Shown here piece by piece: positions 41,820 through 54,490 of a DNA stretch of 64,000 nucleotides. The position numbers were made by a program, and so were the translations under genes. The stretch comes from Eledone cirrhosa. Its lineage: Eukaryota. The DNA is taken from the NCBI GenBank assembly GCA_964016885.1, contig OZ024747.1, forward strand, positions 58,094,001 through 58,158,000. The letters run 5' to 3'. Below the pieces are notes generated by a model. It was not told the origin of the DNA. It saw only the letters and a list, made by a program, of their open reading frames with translations, and ran no database searches. Position 1 is the stretch's first letter, and the number at the start of each line of letters is the position of its first letter.

Positions 41820-44375
41820 TACATAGAGTAAGAGAGAGATAGAGACAGAGATGCACATACATAGACATTACATTTAATTACGCTCCCGCACCGCACGCAC
41901 ACAAACTCAGACATACACATACAGATAGCTATATGATAGGAAGTATGAAATGTCTGAGATTGTGTTCCGCCTAATGCTGTTTATAGTGAATGTATCATTT
42001 ATGTATTATATTATTTTGGTGTGTGTATCTGAATATTTGAAATGATACTTTGATATTTACAAGTTTATAGGCCAGCTCTATGAAAACGTTTCCTTATCTC
42101 ACTTGGCGGAACGTTGCATTTTGAAGACTGCTGTTGTTGATGTTATTGTTATTGTTGAGAATATTATATCATTCAATGTTAGTGTTTTAATGTTTAGTAT
42201 TTCTTGTTTTTTCAGCTATTCTTTTGTTGTTTCTTGTATTTCTTTCTTCCACTCCTTTCTTCGTATTTGCTGCTACTGTTGTTGTTATTGTATGTTGTTG
42301 CTGTTATGTAACTCCACTTGAACTATGAACGGTATTCCCCCTGGTTAAATACCTTTTGGAGGTGTAGATTAAATCTTGATTTAAGATAATTTGCATCCAG
42401 ATCTACAACATACTCTTTTGTTCTATTTCGACTAAAATTAGTAAGATGAGATTTAAAGTGTGATTTTTTTCGTGCTATTTCTAGCATCTCAAGTAACTTC
42501 ACATTATGACCCTTCTTCCTCTACTGTATATTTTATCCACAGAATAGTATGTGCGTAGGCCTACATGCCAACTACATAAATACTCATCAAATGGACTTTG
42601 GCCATTCCAGGGAAGAAACGCAAGGAGTTAGAAGACTGATTTTTTATTTACCGGGTGGGTGCGTTTCTCATAAAGTTCAAGGGTGCTGTGTGTATTTTGA
42701 TGAAGATGTGAGGCGGTTAGATATTCTCATAATAACTAGCAGTATTTTTTCTGCTCCTGACTTTTTACTTTCTGACTTCAAGTCCCACCGAGGGTATGAT
42801 GCCTTTTATTCATTCGACTTCGATGAAATAAAGTACCATTTAAATTGCTAGCCTTCTGCTAAAATTCGAAATCCTAATTTCTCCTCTCAGATAATTGTGT
42901 CAGGGTTGTTTTATTTAGTTTTGAAGTTCTCTTCCTCTGCTAAATCTATTACTATTGCAGCATGAATACATATAAAATAGGTAAGTTCCTTGAAAAGATA
43001 AAAGGCGAAGTTTATTTCAGTGTTATTGGAATTCAAAGGACAGAGAACCTTAGTATCCATTTATCCGAATTTCTAACGACTCTTATTATTTCAGTATATA
43101 CAAGTCAGAAAATCTATTCCAAATAGAAATTAATATAACATTTTATTCATTGTCCGTTACCACTCCCATACATTTTCCAGTCTTTATAGAAACGAATCAA
43201 TTATGGAATCCATCTCCACAATTTCCTCCAATGTTTTCAGGAAAATAAATTGTTTCATAATATGAATAATATTTCAAATGTTGTAGAAAAGCCTTTTTTC
43301 AAATTGCTTCAAGTAAAATAGGGTCGATAAACACACATACAAACATAAAAGTATAATAAATTGTCATCCGTCGTTTTCAAAGATGAGTATTTCAGTTAAC
43401 CGTTCACCTGAGCTGCATATTAATTATTGAAATATAATTTAGCGACTGGGTTGGTATTCCGTATAAAGTAACGAATGTGTCGATATTTGTAGAAGATCAG
43501 AGACAGGGTGGCATATTTCGTAAAAAATGATCCTAGTGTCACTTACTCTTCAATGACTTCATATATGCCCGCATAATATAAAATACACACACGCACACAC
43601 ACACACAAAACATTCACTAGTGCTTATTTTATCGACCCCTTAAGGGTGGAAGGCAAAATTTAAATTTGGTGGAATTTCAACTTAGAACTTCAAGTTGCAA
43701 ATCATGTTGTCCGAAACTCTACGCATACTGCCTTAACTAATAAATGAAACACTATCAAGGATCCATATGAAGCAGTTTTAGTGAGTATGAATCCAGTGAA
43801 TGAAGCAGAGGCCTATCAATATCTCACAGTGACCATTCTAAAGCTCCTCCAACCCCTCATATTTTGTGAGGCCCTATCCGATCTTTGCGTTCGGAAGGCA
43901 ACTGTCTTACACCTTGCAAACGTTTACAATGGAACCTTACATATGTCACCCTTATCTTGTCGAAGGTGGACATTTTATGTCGTCCTTCGGCTTGCTTGTA
44001 ATAGTCACGTAACCTCCTTAATTTGACACACCCATACACCCTTATCAGCTAAAGAAAACATTAGGTAATGCAATAACTCTATATACATTATGTGATCATA
44101 AAATATGGTTGGTGAATCGTGGATGATTTTAATTATAGCTGAGTTTGTTTCTATGAAGTTTGACCCGGAGCTAAACAAGAAATGCTTAGTCGCAAATAAA
44201 ACTTCTTTATAATACACAACCCTAGACGAATGCACTAACGCGCTGATGGATCTTATTTGTAATTCGAGGTGAGGCTATATCACTGCAGCCCACTAATATC
44301 AGCATTCTTGTCATCAGTAGCAGGAACCGAATATCACTCCCATCACTATCACATACAACAACATTTACCGCCATC

Positions 44376-44520
44376 TGGATCGGCAGTATCGGTAGAGGGT
44401 CGGACGCCATGGTTTTCAGCAAAAAGTTACGTCCCTTTATGATCTGAGTTCAAATCCCGTCGAGGTGGATGAAATAATGCACCAGTAATACACTGGGATA
44501 ATTGCTGGCCTTGTGCCAAC
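44376..44520 (+). mobile_element. SINE S1 with internal deletion
   Basis: GGCAGTATCGGTAGAGGGTCGGACGCCATG..GAGTTCAAATCCCG..CCAGTAATACACTGGGATAATTGCTGGCCTTGTGCC. Confidence 0.85.
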
Positions 44521-45080
44521 AATAAAGAAAATCAACATTAAAAACATCATCAACAACAACAACTTTTTCACCGCCAGACAAGAATGTCACCATCGTTAAT
44601 ACGAACCTCCACAGCAATACCGATTCTTAACACGCTCTTGTGATCACCGCCATCATCTTCACTCTCATCATTATCTGCGCACCACCACCACCACCATGAC
44701 AAATATCATAGGCAACAGTAACATTACTGCGACCAACAACGGCCCCAACATGTTCACCCACCTCCTCCAAAAGCCCACCAGCACCAGCACCGCTACAACA
44801 AGCTCCAACATGTATGCCACCACCGCCATTAGTAACAACATTGCCATGTCAGTCAGCTCGGTTATGTCTATGTAGAATATCTTCTATAAGACAATATTTC
44901 ATCATAAATATCAACACAATCGCTACTAGACTCAGCAGGGAATATACCCCAAACAGTGAGTACTTAGCTTTCATATTCTGTTTCTTCCCACACACCTTCT
45001 CTCCGTCTCCCCCATATGTATATACATATATATATATGTGTGTGTGTTGTGTGTGTGTGTGTGTGTCTGTGTGTGCGTCA

Positions 45081-45141
<61 letters not shown>

Positions 45142-45913
45142 TAAGGTTATATGATTAATGTTGTCTTTGCGTATACTTATGAATAGTTATTAAGCCCCTC
45201 TCTCACCGCATATTTGTCAATTTTAGTCTTGTAAGAGTGTGTGTATATTAATTTATTGGCTCTCCGTCTTCTCTTATTAAATCATTGTTTTTATTCATTT
45301 TTGCATTTTTTACGTCTACACTGCTAACAAGATCACTTTAGCATCAGGGAGGACTTGTTAAGTAGGTAAGTTTAACATCCGTGAAAAACGACTTACTGAA
45401 CATCAGCGATCTATGCTGAGCTGCAGTGAGCTATGAATCTTCTGGGTAATGCCGAAATGCCCTGAGCAGACGATATTTTTGCTGATTCAGCTGAGAGATG
45501 TATAACTACAGTAATTCGAAATGAGAACTTAGTGCAAAACGATTACCTAATCTATTTGGTGTGAGATTAAGGATTTAAAAATGAAGCTTTATGGCTTACA
45601 ATTAGGGATAGCAATTTTAAAATGAGGCTAACAAATTTGCCTGTGATATTTTGAAAGGTGAACTGAGAGTTTAAAGTAATGTTGCCAGAGTATTTGTAAT
45701 GTCAACAATGTGAACGTACCTTCATTGATTACAAGTTTTTACCACTCAAGTAATGAGGCAAAAATGTATCAAGCGAGTGTATAACCCCCCCCCCCCCCCA
45801 CCCCCTTGTTCAGGATAAGTTACAGGTTTGTGTGGATGGCCGTAGTCTAAACGTGCACCAAACTCTATAACCTGACAAGGAATTGCAATACTGTTGCAGA
45901 GTTTGCAGCCATC

Positions 45914-45960
<47 letters not shown>

Positions 45961-45963
<3 letters not shown>

Positions 45964-46073
45964 CGAAGGAAATGTGGTAAGGAACCAAGTGGACCATAAC
46001 GCACCAAAGTACTCTTCAGTCCAGAATTAGCCGTCGAAACGGCTTGAGCTCAGCCGTCGGGGTCTTATTTGTT

Positions 46074-46078
<5 letters not shown>
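45961..46078. mobile_element. family A pLTR fragments joined in opposite orientation
   Basis: 45961-46014 is the reverse complement of the pLTR 3' end; 46015-46078 is the HHR 3' half, GAAACGGCTTGAGCTCAGCCGTCGGGG. Confidence 0.8.
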
Positions 46079-46125
<47 letters not shown>

Positions 46126-46129
46126 GTGT

Positions 46130-46244
<115 letters not shown>

Positions 46245-46252
46245 ATTGCCTA

Positions 46253-46295
46253 TACAGGTAACCAAAGTGTGTATACATTTTTGGGGACACCGTGT
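46253..46295 (-). mobile_element. Tc1/mariner-type TIR remnant
   Basis: Minus strand reads TA|CACGGTGTCCCCAAAAATGTATACACACTTT, resembling CAGGGTGTCCC TIRs with a TA target. Very short. Confidence 0.4.
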
Positions 46296-46519
46296 ATATA
46301 TATATATATATATATATTTGTATGTATTGTCCTGCAACTCCCGATTGAGTCGTAGGAGTATCGTGTTGACATACGCCTTTCTTGAGCATTTTAACCCTGG
46401 CAGAGCTCAGCCCTCTCCAGCCTGAGTACAACACAATTCCTCCAGAGAAAGTGAGAGAGAGGGAATGAGAAATAGATATAGAGGGAGTATTGAACACAGT
46501 ACTAGTCAGGTACTTTATT

Positions 46520-46678
46520 CATTGACCACCGCAGTATTACTGGCATGTTTTCATCGATCTCTGAAGGAAAAGAGAAAAAGTTGATCACAGCGGGATTTGA
46601 AACCATATCGCCTAAGCCGAAACGTATACCGCAAAAATCCTAACCAACGTTCAAACGATTCTGCAAATACGCCGCCCT
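46520..46678 (-). mobile_element. degenerate SINE S1
   Basis: AGTATTACTGG..TCATCGATC..CAGCGGGATTTGAA..CGATTCTGC. Confidence 0.6.
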
Positions 46679-47386
46679 ATCAATAGCATATAAATCCTAG
46701 TCAATTTCAACGACGAAAGAGTAGAAAAACTGTCTACAATGCATGTATTATATACATATATGATCAAGCGCCAGTCTTATACAATCGAACTGTAGTTTAA
46801 CAATATGGGGTCGATAGGTTTTCTTCTAGCTTTCAGTAAATTACTATAAGAATGTGGCTTCCAGTGATAGCTATAGAGGTCTAAACATTATAGAACAACA
46901 GTTGGTATTCTTCTACATTTATCAGTATGATAGGGAAAACATGGTATTTCGGTAATATTATGAGACGAGATAAAGAATATTAAAAAAATAAAACGCAGAA
47001 TAAAACCCTCATAATTTATGATTCTTTATGTATAGATAGCTAGTTGTAATATAATACTATATCGGAAGATGGCGCCGTGCTTTCAGTAGACTGAGCTAAT
47101 GTAAAGTAAGGTGTTGCTGTTACAAAACAACAAATAAACATCATAACACTGAACTGAAGTGAAATGAATTTAAGTACATCAAGTAGGCACAATTCATCCC
47201 ACAGCGTCTCTTTACATATCTCACATTGCTAAAGAACTGAGATACTATGAACAAAGGTCGCAGCTAATGTCAACACTATTGGGTGAGGTGGAGGAGGCGA
47301 GGAAGAGAGCTAGTAGGTTGAAGAATGCTGGAATCCTACCTAATTGTATGTGCGTGTGTATATATATACATATATATCTGTGTGTG

Positions 47387-47426
<40 letters not shown>

Positions 47427-47468
47427 ATAATAATAAATTGAAGACTAAAATCCAAAGATAATCTGTTA

Positions 47469-47505
<37 letters not shown>

Positions 47506-47584
47506 GCAGTGAGTTATTTAATTTGTTGATTATTCAACAAATTTAGTTTGGAGTATAATATCAATGATATTAATAAATATTAAT

Positions 47585-47767
47585 TGTTTCTACTTTTGGC
47601 ACAAGGCCAGCAATTTACCAGTGTATTACTGGTACTTTATTTTATCGACCCCGTAAGGATGAAAGGCAAAGTTAACCTCGGCGGGATTTGAACTCAGCAA
47701 GGGCCGTAACTCTATGCGTCAAAGCATGGCGTCCGACCCTCTACCGATACTGCCAATTCACCGCCAT
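47585..47767 (-). mobile_element. young SINE S1 with 20-bp TSD
   Basis: TSD TGATATTAATAAATATTAAT at 47565-47584 and 47768-47787; intact A and B boxes. Confidence 0.92.
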
Positions 47768-47883
47768 TGATATTAATAAATATTAATAAATGGAAACTAG
47801 CTTTATAAAACCATATTTATTTTATTAAAATAAATATGCTTTTAAAGTAGTTTCCATTTATTAATATTTATTAATATTATTGA

Positions 47884-48216
<333 letters not shown>

Positions 48217-48430
48217 CTTAGATAATAGAAAAATGAGAGTAGCTAGAGTGGTTATTCATTAAATATTCATTCCGACGCTGGTTGAGTTGTATCGTGCTTG
48301 GTATTATTGGTGGTGTGGCTGGTGTTGTTTTTGTTGTTGTTTCTTATGCTGTTGTTCCGGTGATGTTGATTTTAATTTACTCTAATTCTCCCTATACATT
48401 ACTCTCGCTCTCTTTCTCTTTATTTCACAT

Positions 48431-48496
<66 letters not shown>

Positions 48497-50278
48497 TCTC
48501 TCTCTCTCTCTCTACTATCTATCTATCTACCTCCCTCTGTCCCTCTCTCTTAATCCTCTATATCCCCATCTTGCTTGCGAATTGGTTAGTATACATATAT
48601 GTATGCATGTAATGTATATATATACACATACACACATATATGCACAGACACACACACACATATATATATATATGAGTGTATAGAATATTATATATATATG
48701 CAAACATGGAAATGCACATACATACACACACACACATGTGTGTGTGTGTCTGTGTGTGTGTTTCCATCTATGCTTATATATATAATATCAGTACACGTAC
48801 AAACACGTATGTTTGTTTTATATATACCTAATGTTAAGCTATATTACATACACGTAGACAATACATCTACGTACATGTATACGTAGATGTACACAAATCT
48901 GTCCATCTACCTCCTCTATATCAAGCTAAACAATTCAACATCCAACTTAACCATTATGTTACACACATAATCTCCATGTCCTCTTCTACCTTCAACCACC
49001 AACTTCCAACATAATCTATTTATTCTATTGTTTTGTTTTATTTTCTAGATTTGATTCCGTGTTGTCAATACAATACATTCGATATATTGATTTTGGTTGT
49101 TGATTAGGTGTTCTGATAATATTTGACGGAGAGTGGTATTGTCATTTTTATTGAACCAATGCTATTATCATTACAACTAACACCAATACCACCACGGCAA
49201 CTTTCACGATATTTCTACCATCGCCACGTCTACCATCAACACATCCCTCTGCAACATACCTATCACCAACTCCATTATCTCAAACCACTACGATTCTGTT
49301 TTACAATTACTTATTTCATTCTCTTCGGGGTTTGAAAGATAAATATGTTCCCTATAGGTTATATAGAATATATTTAATTATGATTACCATTTGGCTATAA
49401 AAGATAAGGTGAAAATACTTATGCTAATAATAGTAATTATTTCACATAAATATGTCTGCTGTACTCCTTTTAAACACTTCATCATCTCTAGTGGCTAGAA
49501 TTTGTTTTGTGTTATTTGTTTTTTCACTATATATAAAATACTTGTATCGAATAAATATTTTGCTGTTACAATATCTAGGGAATATGGAGATTTTCAGAGC
49601 AGAATGATAACTCTTATTGATATTTCATATTAAATGCGTTTTTGTTTTAGTTTTGATGGGGTTATTTATACATGTATTTATTTATTGTGTTACATCGTCT
49701 ATATTTGAATTTTATCAGGGTATTGTAATAGTGCATATAATAATACGACCGGTCGCAACATGGCCGAATGTTTAAAAAGTTCGCTTGGCAATCATTATAC
49801 ATCAGGATCGATGCCACTGTAAAGTAACTGAAAGCCGGTCGAATTGACTGTAACTATGTTTAAACGGACAAGCTTTGTCACATTCTCTGTGATACTGGAT
49901 TTGAGAATTTCCTTTGTGTTACAAGTCGATGGAATGAAGGATAACCATGTTCACCGAGAAACATGAAAGGAAGTACCGAAATAAACCTGATAAATAGATA
50001 TAGCAGAATTATTGGGCGTATCCAGCTTGCCGTTTCGTCAACTCGAAAAACTATTAAGAGTGTCCAGAGGAGAAATGATTTGACTGTTGATTGCCTTCTT
50101 TGAAGGCATAAAGATCAGCAAAAAGCTACAACGAAGCCAGTGAACTTGAGGCTATAACCTTTGAAACACAAGCCCAAGACCGTACCAACTAGCAGCGATC
50201 CATCTCAGTCGGAACCAAATGTTCGAAGCCACTTGAAGTGAAAAGGACGAAATCCTGTGTATGTGTGTGTGAGAGAGT

Positions 50279-50323
<45 letters not shown>

Positions 50324-50558
50324 CAGAATCGTAAAGAAGGCACTAAAATCAAAATAGATTTAGATGTGATCGCGTGATATTTATATGCATATTTTTTTCC
50401 TTGTTACTTGCTTCTGCTTGCTACGGCCATCTTAATTCTATATAAGTTGACCTTTCGAATCATCACGATATTTCATCAATCCTTATTCAATTTTGCCTCA
50501 AGTGTGCTTGGCAAAAGCATTCAATCAGGTAATAAAGATTATATCAACATCGTTTCAA

Positions 50559-50602
<44 letters not shown>

Positions 50603-50607
<5 letters not shown>

Positions 50608-50837
50608 AACAAGTAAGACCCCGACGGCTGAGCTCAAGCCGTTTCGACGGCTAATTCTGGTCTGGCTAATTCAGTGGGCTAATTCTGGACGGCTAATTCA
50701 GTCCAGAATTAGCCGTCGAAACGGCTTGAGCTCAGCCGTCGGGGTCTTACTTGTTCCTATTACCCACTCTACTACCCTAGGTATTGAGTACTTACGTGCG
50801 TTATGGTCCACCTGGTTCCTTACCACATTTCCTTCGT

Positions 50838-50840
<3 letters not shown>
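50603..50840 (+). mobile_element. solo family A pLTR with inverted arm and reiterated junction
   Basis: 50603-50657 is inverted against 50703-50760; GGCTAATTC occurs four times across the junction; canonical GUC site; flanked by (TA)n. Confidence 0.85.
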
Positions 50841-50889
<49 letters not shown>

Positions 50890-50912
50890 AGACAGAGAGA
50901 GAGAGAGAGAAA

Positions 50913-50993
<81 letters not shown>

Positions 50994-51256
50994 CAATAAT
51001 CAAAGTTCAGTTTAAATCATTTATTTGCTTTCAATTGTTTCCTCCAAACCGAGGTTTGGATTCTTCGGAGCAACTATTTAGTGATCTATAACATACTTGA
51101 CCTCCTTTTCTACACAAGAGACATATAAAAACATATGCATATATTGACCCAATAAGATAGTAATAAATGGCTATCTTTCACTATTTGGGGTTTGTATAAA
51201 AAATATATAACCATAAAAGGTTTTATTATATACATAACCATAAATAGTATCCTTAA

Positions 51257-51318
<62 letters not shown>

Positions 51319-51580
51319 GTTCAGTTTTGTAAATTCCAGGGAAGATTCTGTCTTTTATTTGTTTCCTGGTCAAATAAAACGAATAAATTCTTGTTTATGG
51401 TCGTGAAATTTACCATCGTTTTGTCATATTCGTAATGATAAGTAAATCTGTAATATTGTAGTGTCTACTTAGTCCTTTATACAAATCTCGGTCAAGTGTG
51501 ACGTTAAACATCTGATCTATAAGATAACATCGCTTTCGTTCATCAAATGCTTATATCGCTCGTACTTCCTGAAAGTGTCA

Positions 51581-51652
<72 letters not shown>

Positions 51653-51977
51653 AGACACACACATGCAGAGGTTCTCAAACATAGCAAGTCATCCACTGAC
51701 ACATACACATAACATATGCATATATGTATATATATATATATATATATTCGTTGGTGAATCTCAAGCAAAATGTTTATGTATAGTAGGTTGTGTGCAGTTC
51801 AGGGCAACGTAAGAAATGTGAGCTACAGGGAACTGGGAGGGAGAAGCTAAAATAGAACGAACAAAAACTTGTCTTTTATTATTCGCTTCTGCTTTGTGTA
51901 TGAACATTAATATACGATTTAATACATATATAACCACACACACTCACTCAAACAAACACACATACATATTTATATAT

Positions 51978-52052
<75 letters not shown>

Positions 52053-52560
52053 CACACAAACACACACGCATATATATATATAAATATATACACACACACA
52101 CACACACACACTCACACACGCACACATATATATACATACATTCATGCGTGATTTCCTTCATTTATCATACTTCTTAAAATAGCTATATCTAAACTGGCTT
52201 TTGTTCACTATATAAGCCCCATTTCCACTAGAAGTTCAAAACCAATTTAATCTACAAAATTACACATCAAAGTCGCCATCATATATTGTACTACTTTTTC
52301 TAATTATCTATTTTGTTTTTCAATTTTGTTTTTCATAATTTCTTTTCACATTTGTCATGTTTTTATTAGTTTTCTTTGTGCTTTTTGCCCCAACCTCTCC
52401 ATCATTCCGTTTTTATTCTTTCTCAATTATTTAATATATGCAATATTATTTAGCGAAACAAGAGTAAAACCATTTAGATGTATGGCAGTTATAATAATTC
52501 AGCTTGTTATGCTATTAATGTTTTCTGCTATTGACACGAAACCATTATATATATATATAT

Positions 52561-52592
<32 letters not shown>

Positions 52593-53084
52593 GTGTGTGA
52601 GTGTGTGTGTGTTATATAAATGTATATATAACATATATATATATATATGTATGTATATATATTGATGTATGTACGTACGTATGTATGTATGTATACATTT
52701 AAAAGGTTGTTTGATTAAATCGACCCAACAGAACGTATTTACCTTTAATTCATTGATTAAAAGAAAACGTTACATAAACATACTTGTAGGTAGAAGATTT
52801 TTTTTAGATCGATTCCGAACTGGATGTTTACTCAAAATGTAAAGAAGGGCATAACTTGATTGCAAAGTTATATTTTTCTTCTTTGTTTCTACACCACGAG
52901 TCATGTTGGTGGGGATTGTCATCATAGATGCACCAGTCGTTCCCATCCTAATCCTCTATACATATAATTATTGATACGGTTTCGAATGTGTTGTTCAATT
53001 ATATTTATGTAAAATGGTGATGTCGTAAGAATCACCTAAAAATGGTATGCTACCATTTAAGGCATTCAATATAAAGGACAGTTT

Positions 53085-54055
53085 TAAAATCTCCCTAGTT
53101 TGAATAAGTTGTCATAAGCCCCACATAATTTAAATGTGCCTAGCATGAGTAACGTCCATGAGAAACACAACACATCTGTGTCTCTATTAGCTTTATATAC
53201 TCAACAAATCCAAAAAATCTTCTACCTACATCTTTCATATGCAAAAAGCTAAAGCTGTATTTGTTGCGCTTTTAGTTTTCGTCCCTAGCATCTGAAAGGT
53301 ATCTTGAAACCCACAAGACTTACATCTCCCTAGTAGTGTAAACTGTCATGAGGCCATAGGACTTAAATCTCTCTAGCATGTGTAAAGGGTCATGAGCCCA
53401 CAATACCTAAATCTCCCTAGGATGTGTAAAATATATGAGCCCAAAGGACTTAAATCTCCCTAGGATGTGTAAAGGGTCATGAGACCCACAATACTTAAAT
53501 TTCCCTAGGATGTTTAAAGGGTCATGAGCCCACAAGACTTAAATCTCCCTAGTATGTGTAAAATGTCATGAGACCCACAATATTTTAATTTCCCTAGGAT
53601 GTGTAAAGGGTCATGCCCACAGGACTTAAATCCCCATAGGATACGTAATGGGTCATGAGCCCATAGGACTTAAATCTCCATAGGATGTATAATGGGTCAT
53701 GAGCCCATAGGACTTAAATATCCCTAGGATAAAGCGTCTTGGGCTCCCGAAGACTTAAATTTCTCTATGTTTCTTAAGGCCTCATAAGTTCCACAAGTAA
53801 GGTGTCATGAGACCGAAATGACATAAATGTACCTAGCATGTACAAGGCGCCATAAGGCCCACAAGACATAAATTTCCCTAGGATAAGTAAAGCGCCATGA
53901 GCCTAACAAGACTTCAATCGCCTTAGATTTAGTAAGGTTTCACGTGTCATACACGCCTTAAATGTCCCTAGGATGTGTAAGGCATCATACGTACCACAAG
54001 AATTAAATATGGCTCGATTAAGTACGGTATCACGAGTCCCACAAGACTTAAATCG
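53085..54055. repeat. ~41-bp minisatellite, about 20 degenerate units
   Basis: Unit approximately GACTTAAATCTCCCTAGGATGTGTAAAGGGTCATGAGCCCACAA; most homogeneous at 53310-53730. Confidence 0.9.
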
Positions 54056-54109
54056 CATTGTTATTTTCGTTATTTTTGTCGCTGTTACTCTTTGTTTTAT
54101 TTTTATTTG

Positions 54110-54490
54110 CCATGATGGTGCTATGGATCGGTGGTTGTTGTGGTTGTAGAGCTGTTGTATTGGTGGTTGTTTTGGCTGTGGTGGTGGTGATAGAGTGCTA
54201 GTGGTGCTGGTGATGCAGATGATTGTGTTGGTAATGATTGTGGATGTGGTGCTGCTGGTGGTGTAGGTTTTTGTTTTGGTGGTGGTGCTGGGATTGGTAG
54301 TTGTGTTAGTGATGTAGGTGTGTGTGGTGCTGTGGGTGTAAGTGTTTGTGGTGGCGTTGATGGTGTTGATGTATATGTCTTCAGGTTGTGTTGAGGTGGC
54401 TGGTGGTGTATGTGTTTCTGGTTATGGTGATGCTACTGGTGGTGTAGGTGTTTGTAGGTGGTCGTGGAGATCGTGGTGAGGGTGATATGA
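54110..54490. repeat. (GGT/GTT)-rich low-complexity tract
   Basis: Read directly from the sequence; a complementary C/A-rich tract lies at ~44540-44850. Confidence 0.75.

Noticed and set aside
47062-47112. CGGAAGATGGCG (ETS/YY1-like start motif) followed by GTAAG
   Set aside because: The ATG frame stops after six codons; single motif without CpG-rich or gene context.
53310-54055. Regularly spaced repeats resembling a CRISPR array
   Set aside because: Contiguous degenerate units without unique spacers, no cas genes, eukaryotic context.
54110-54490. Thr/Pro-rich mucin-like reading on the minus strand
   Set aside because: No sustained ORF or splice signals; explained as degenerate trinucleotide low complexity.
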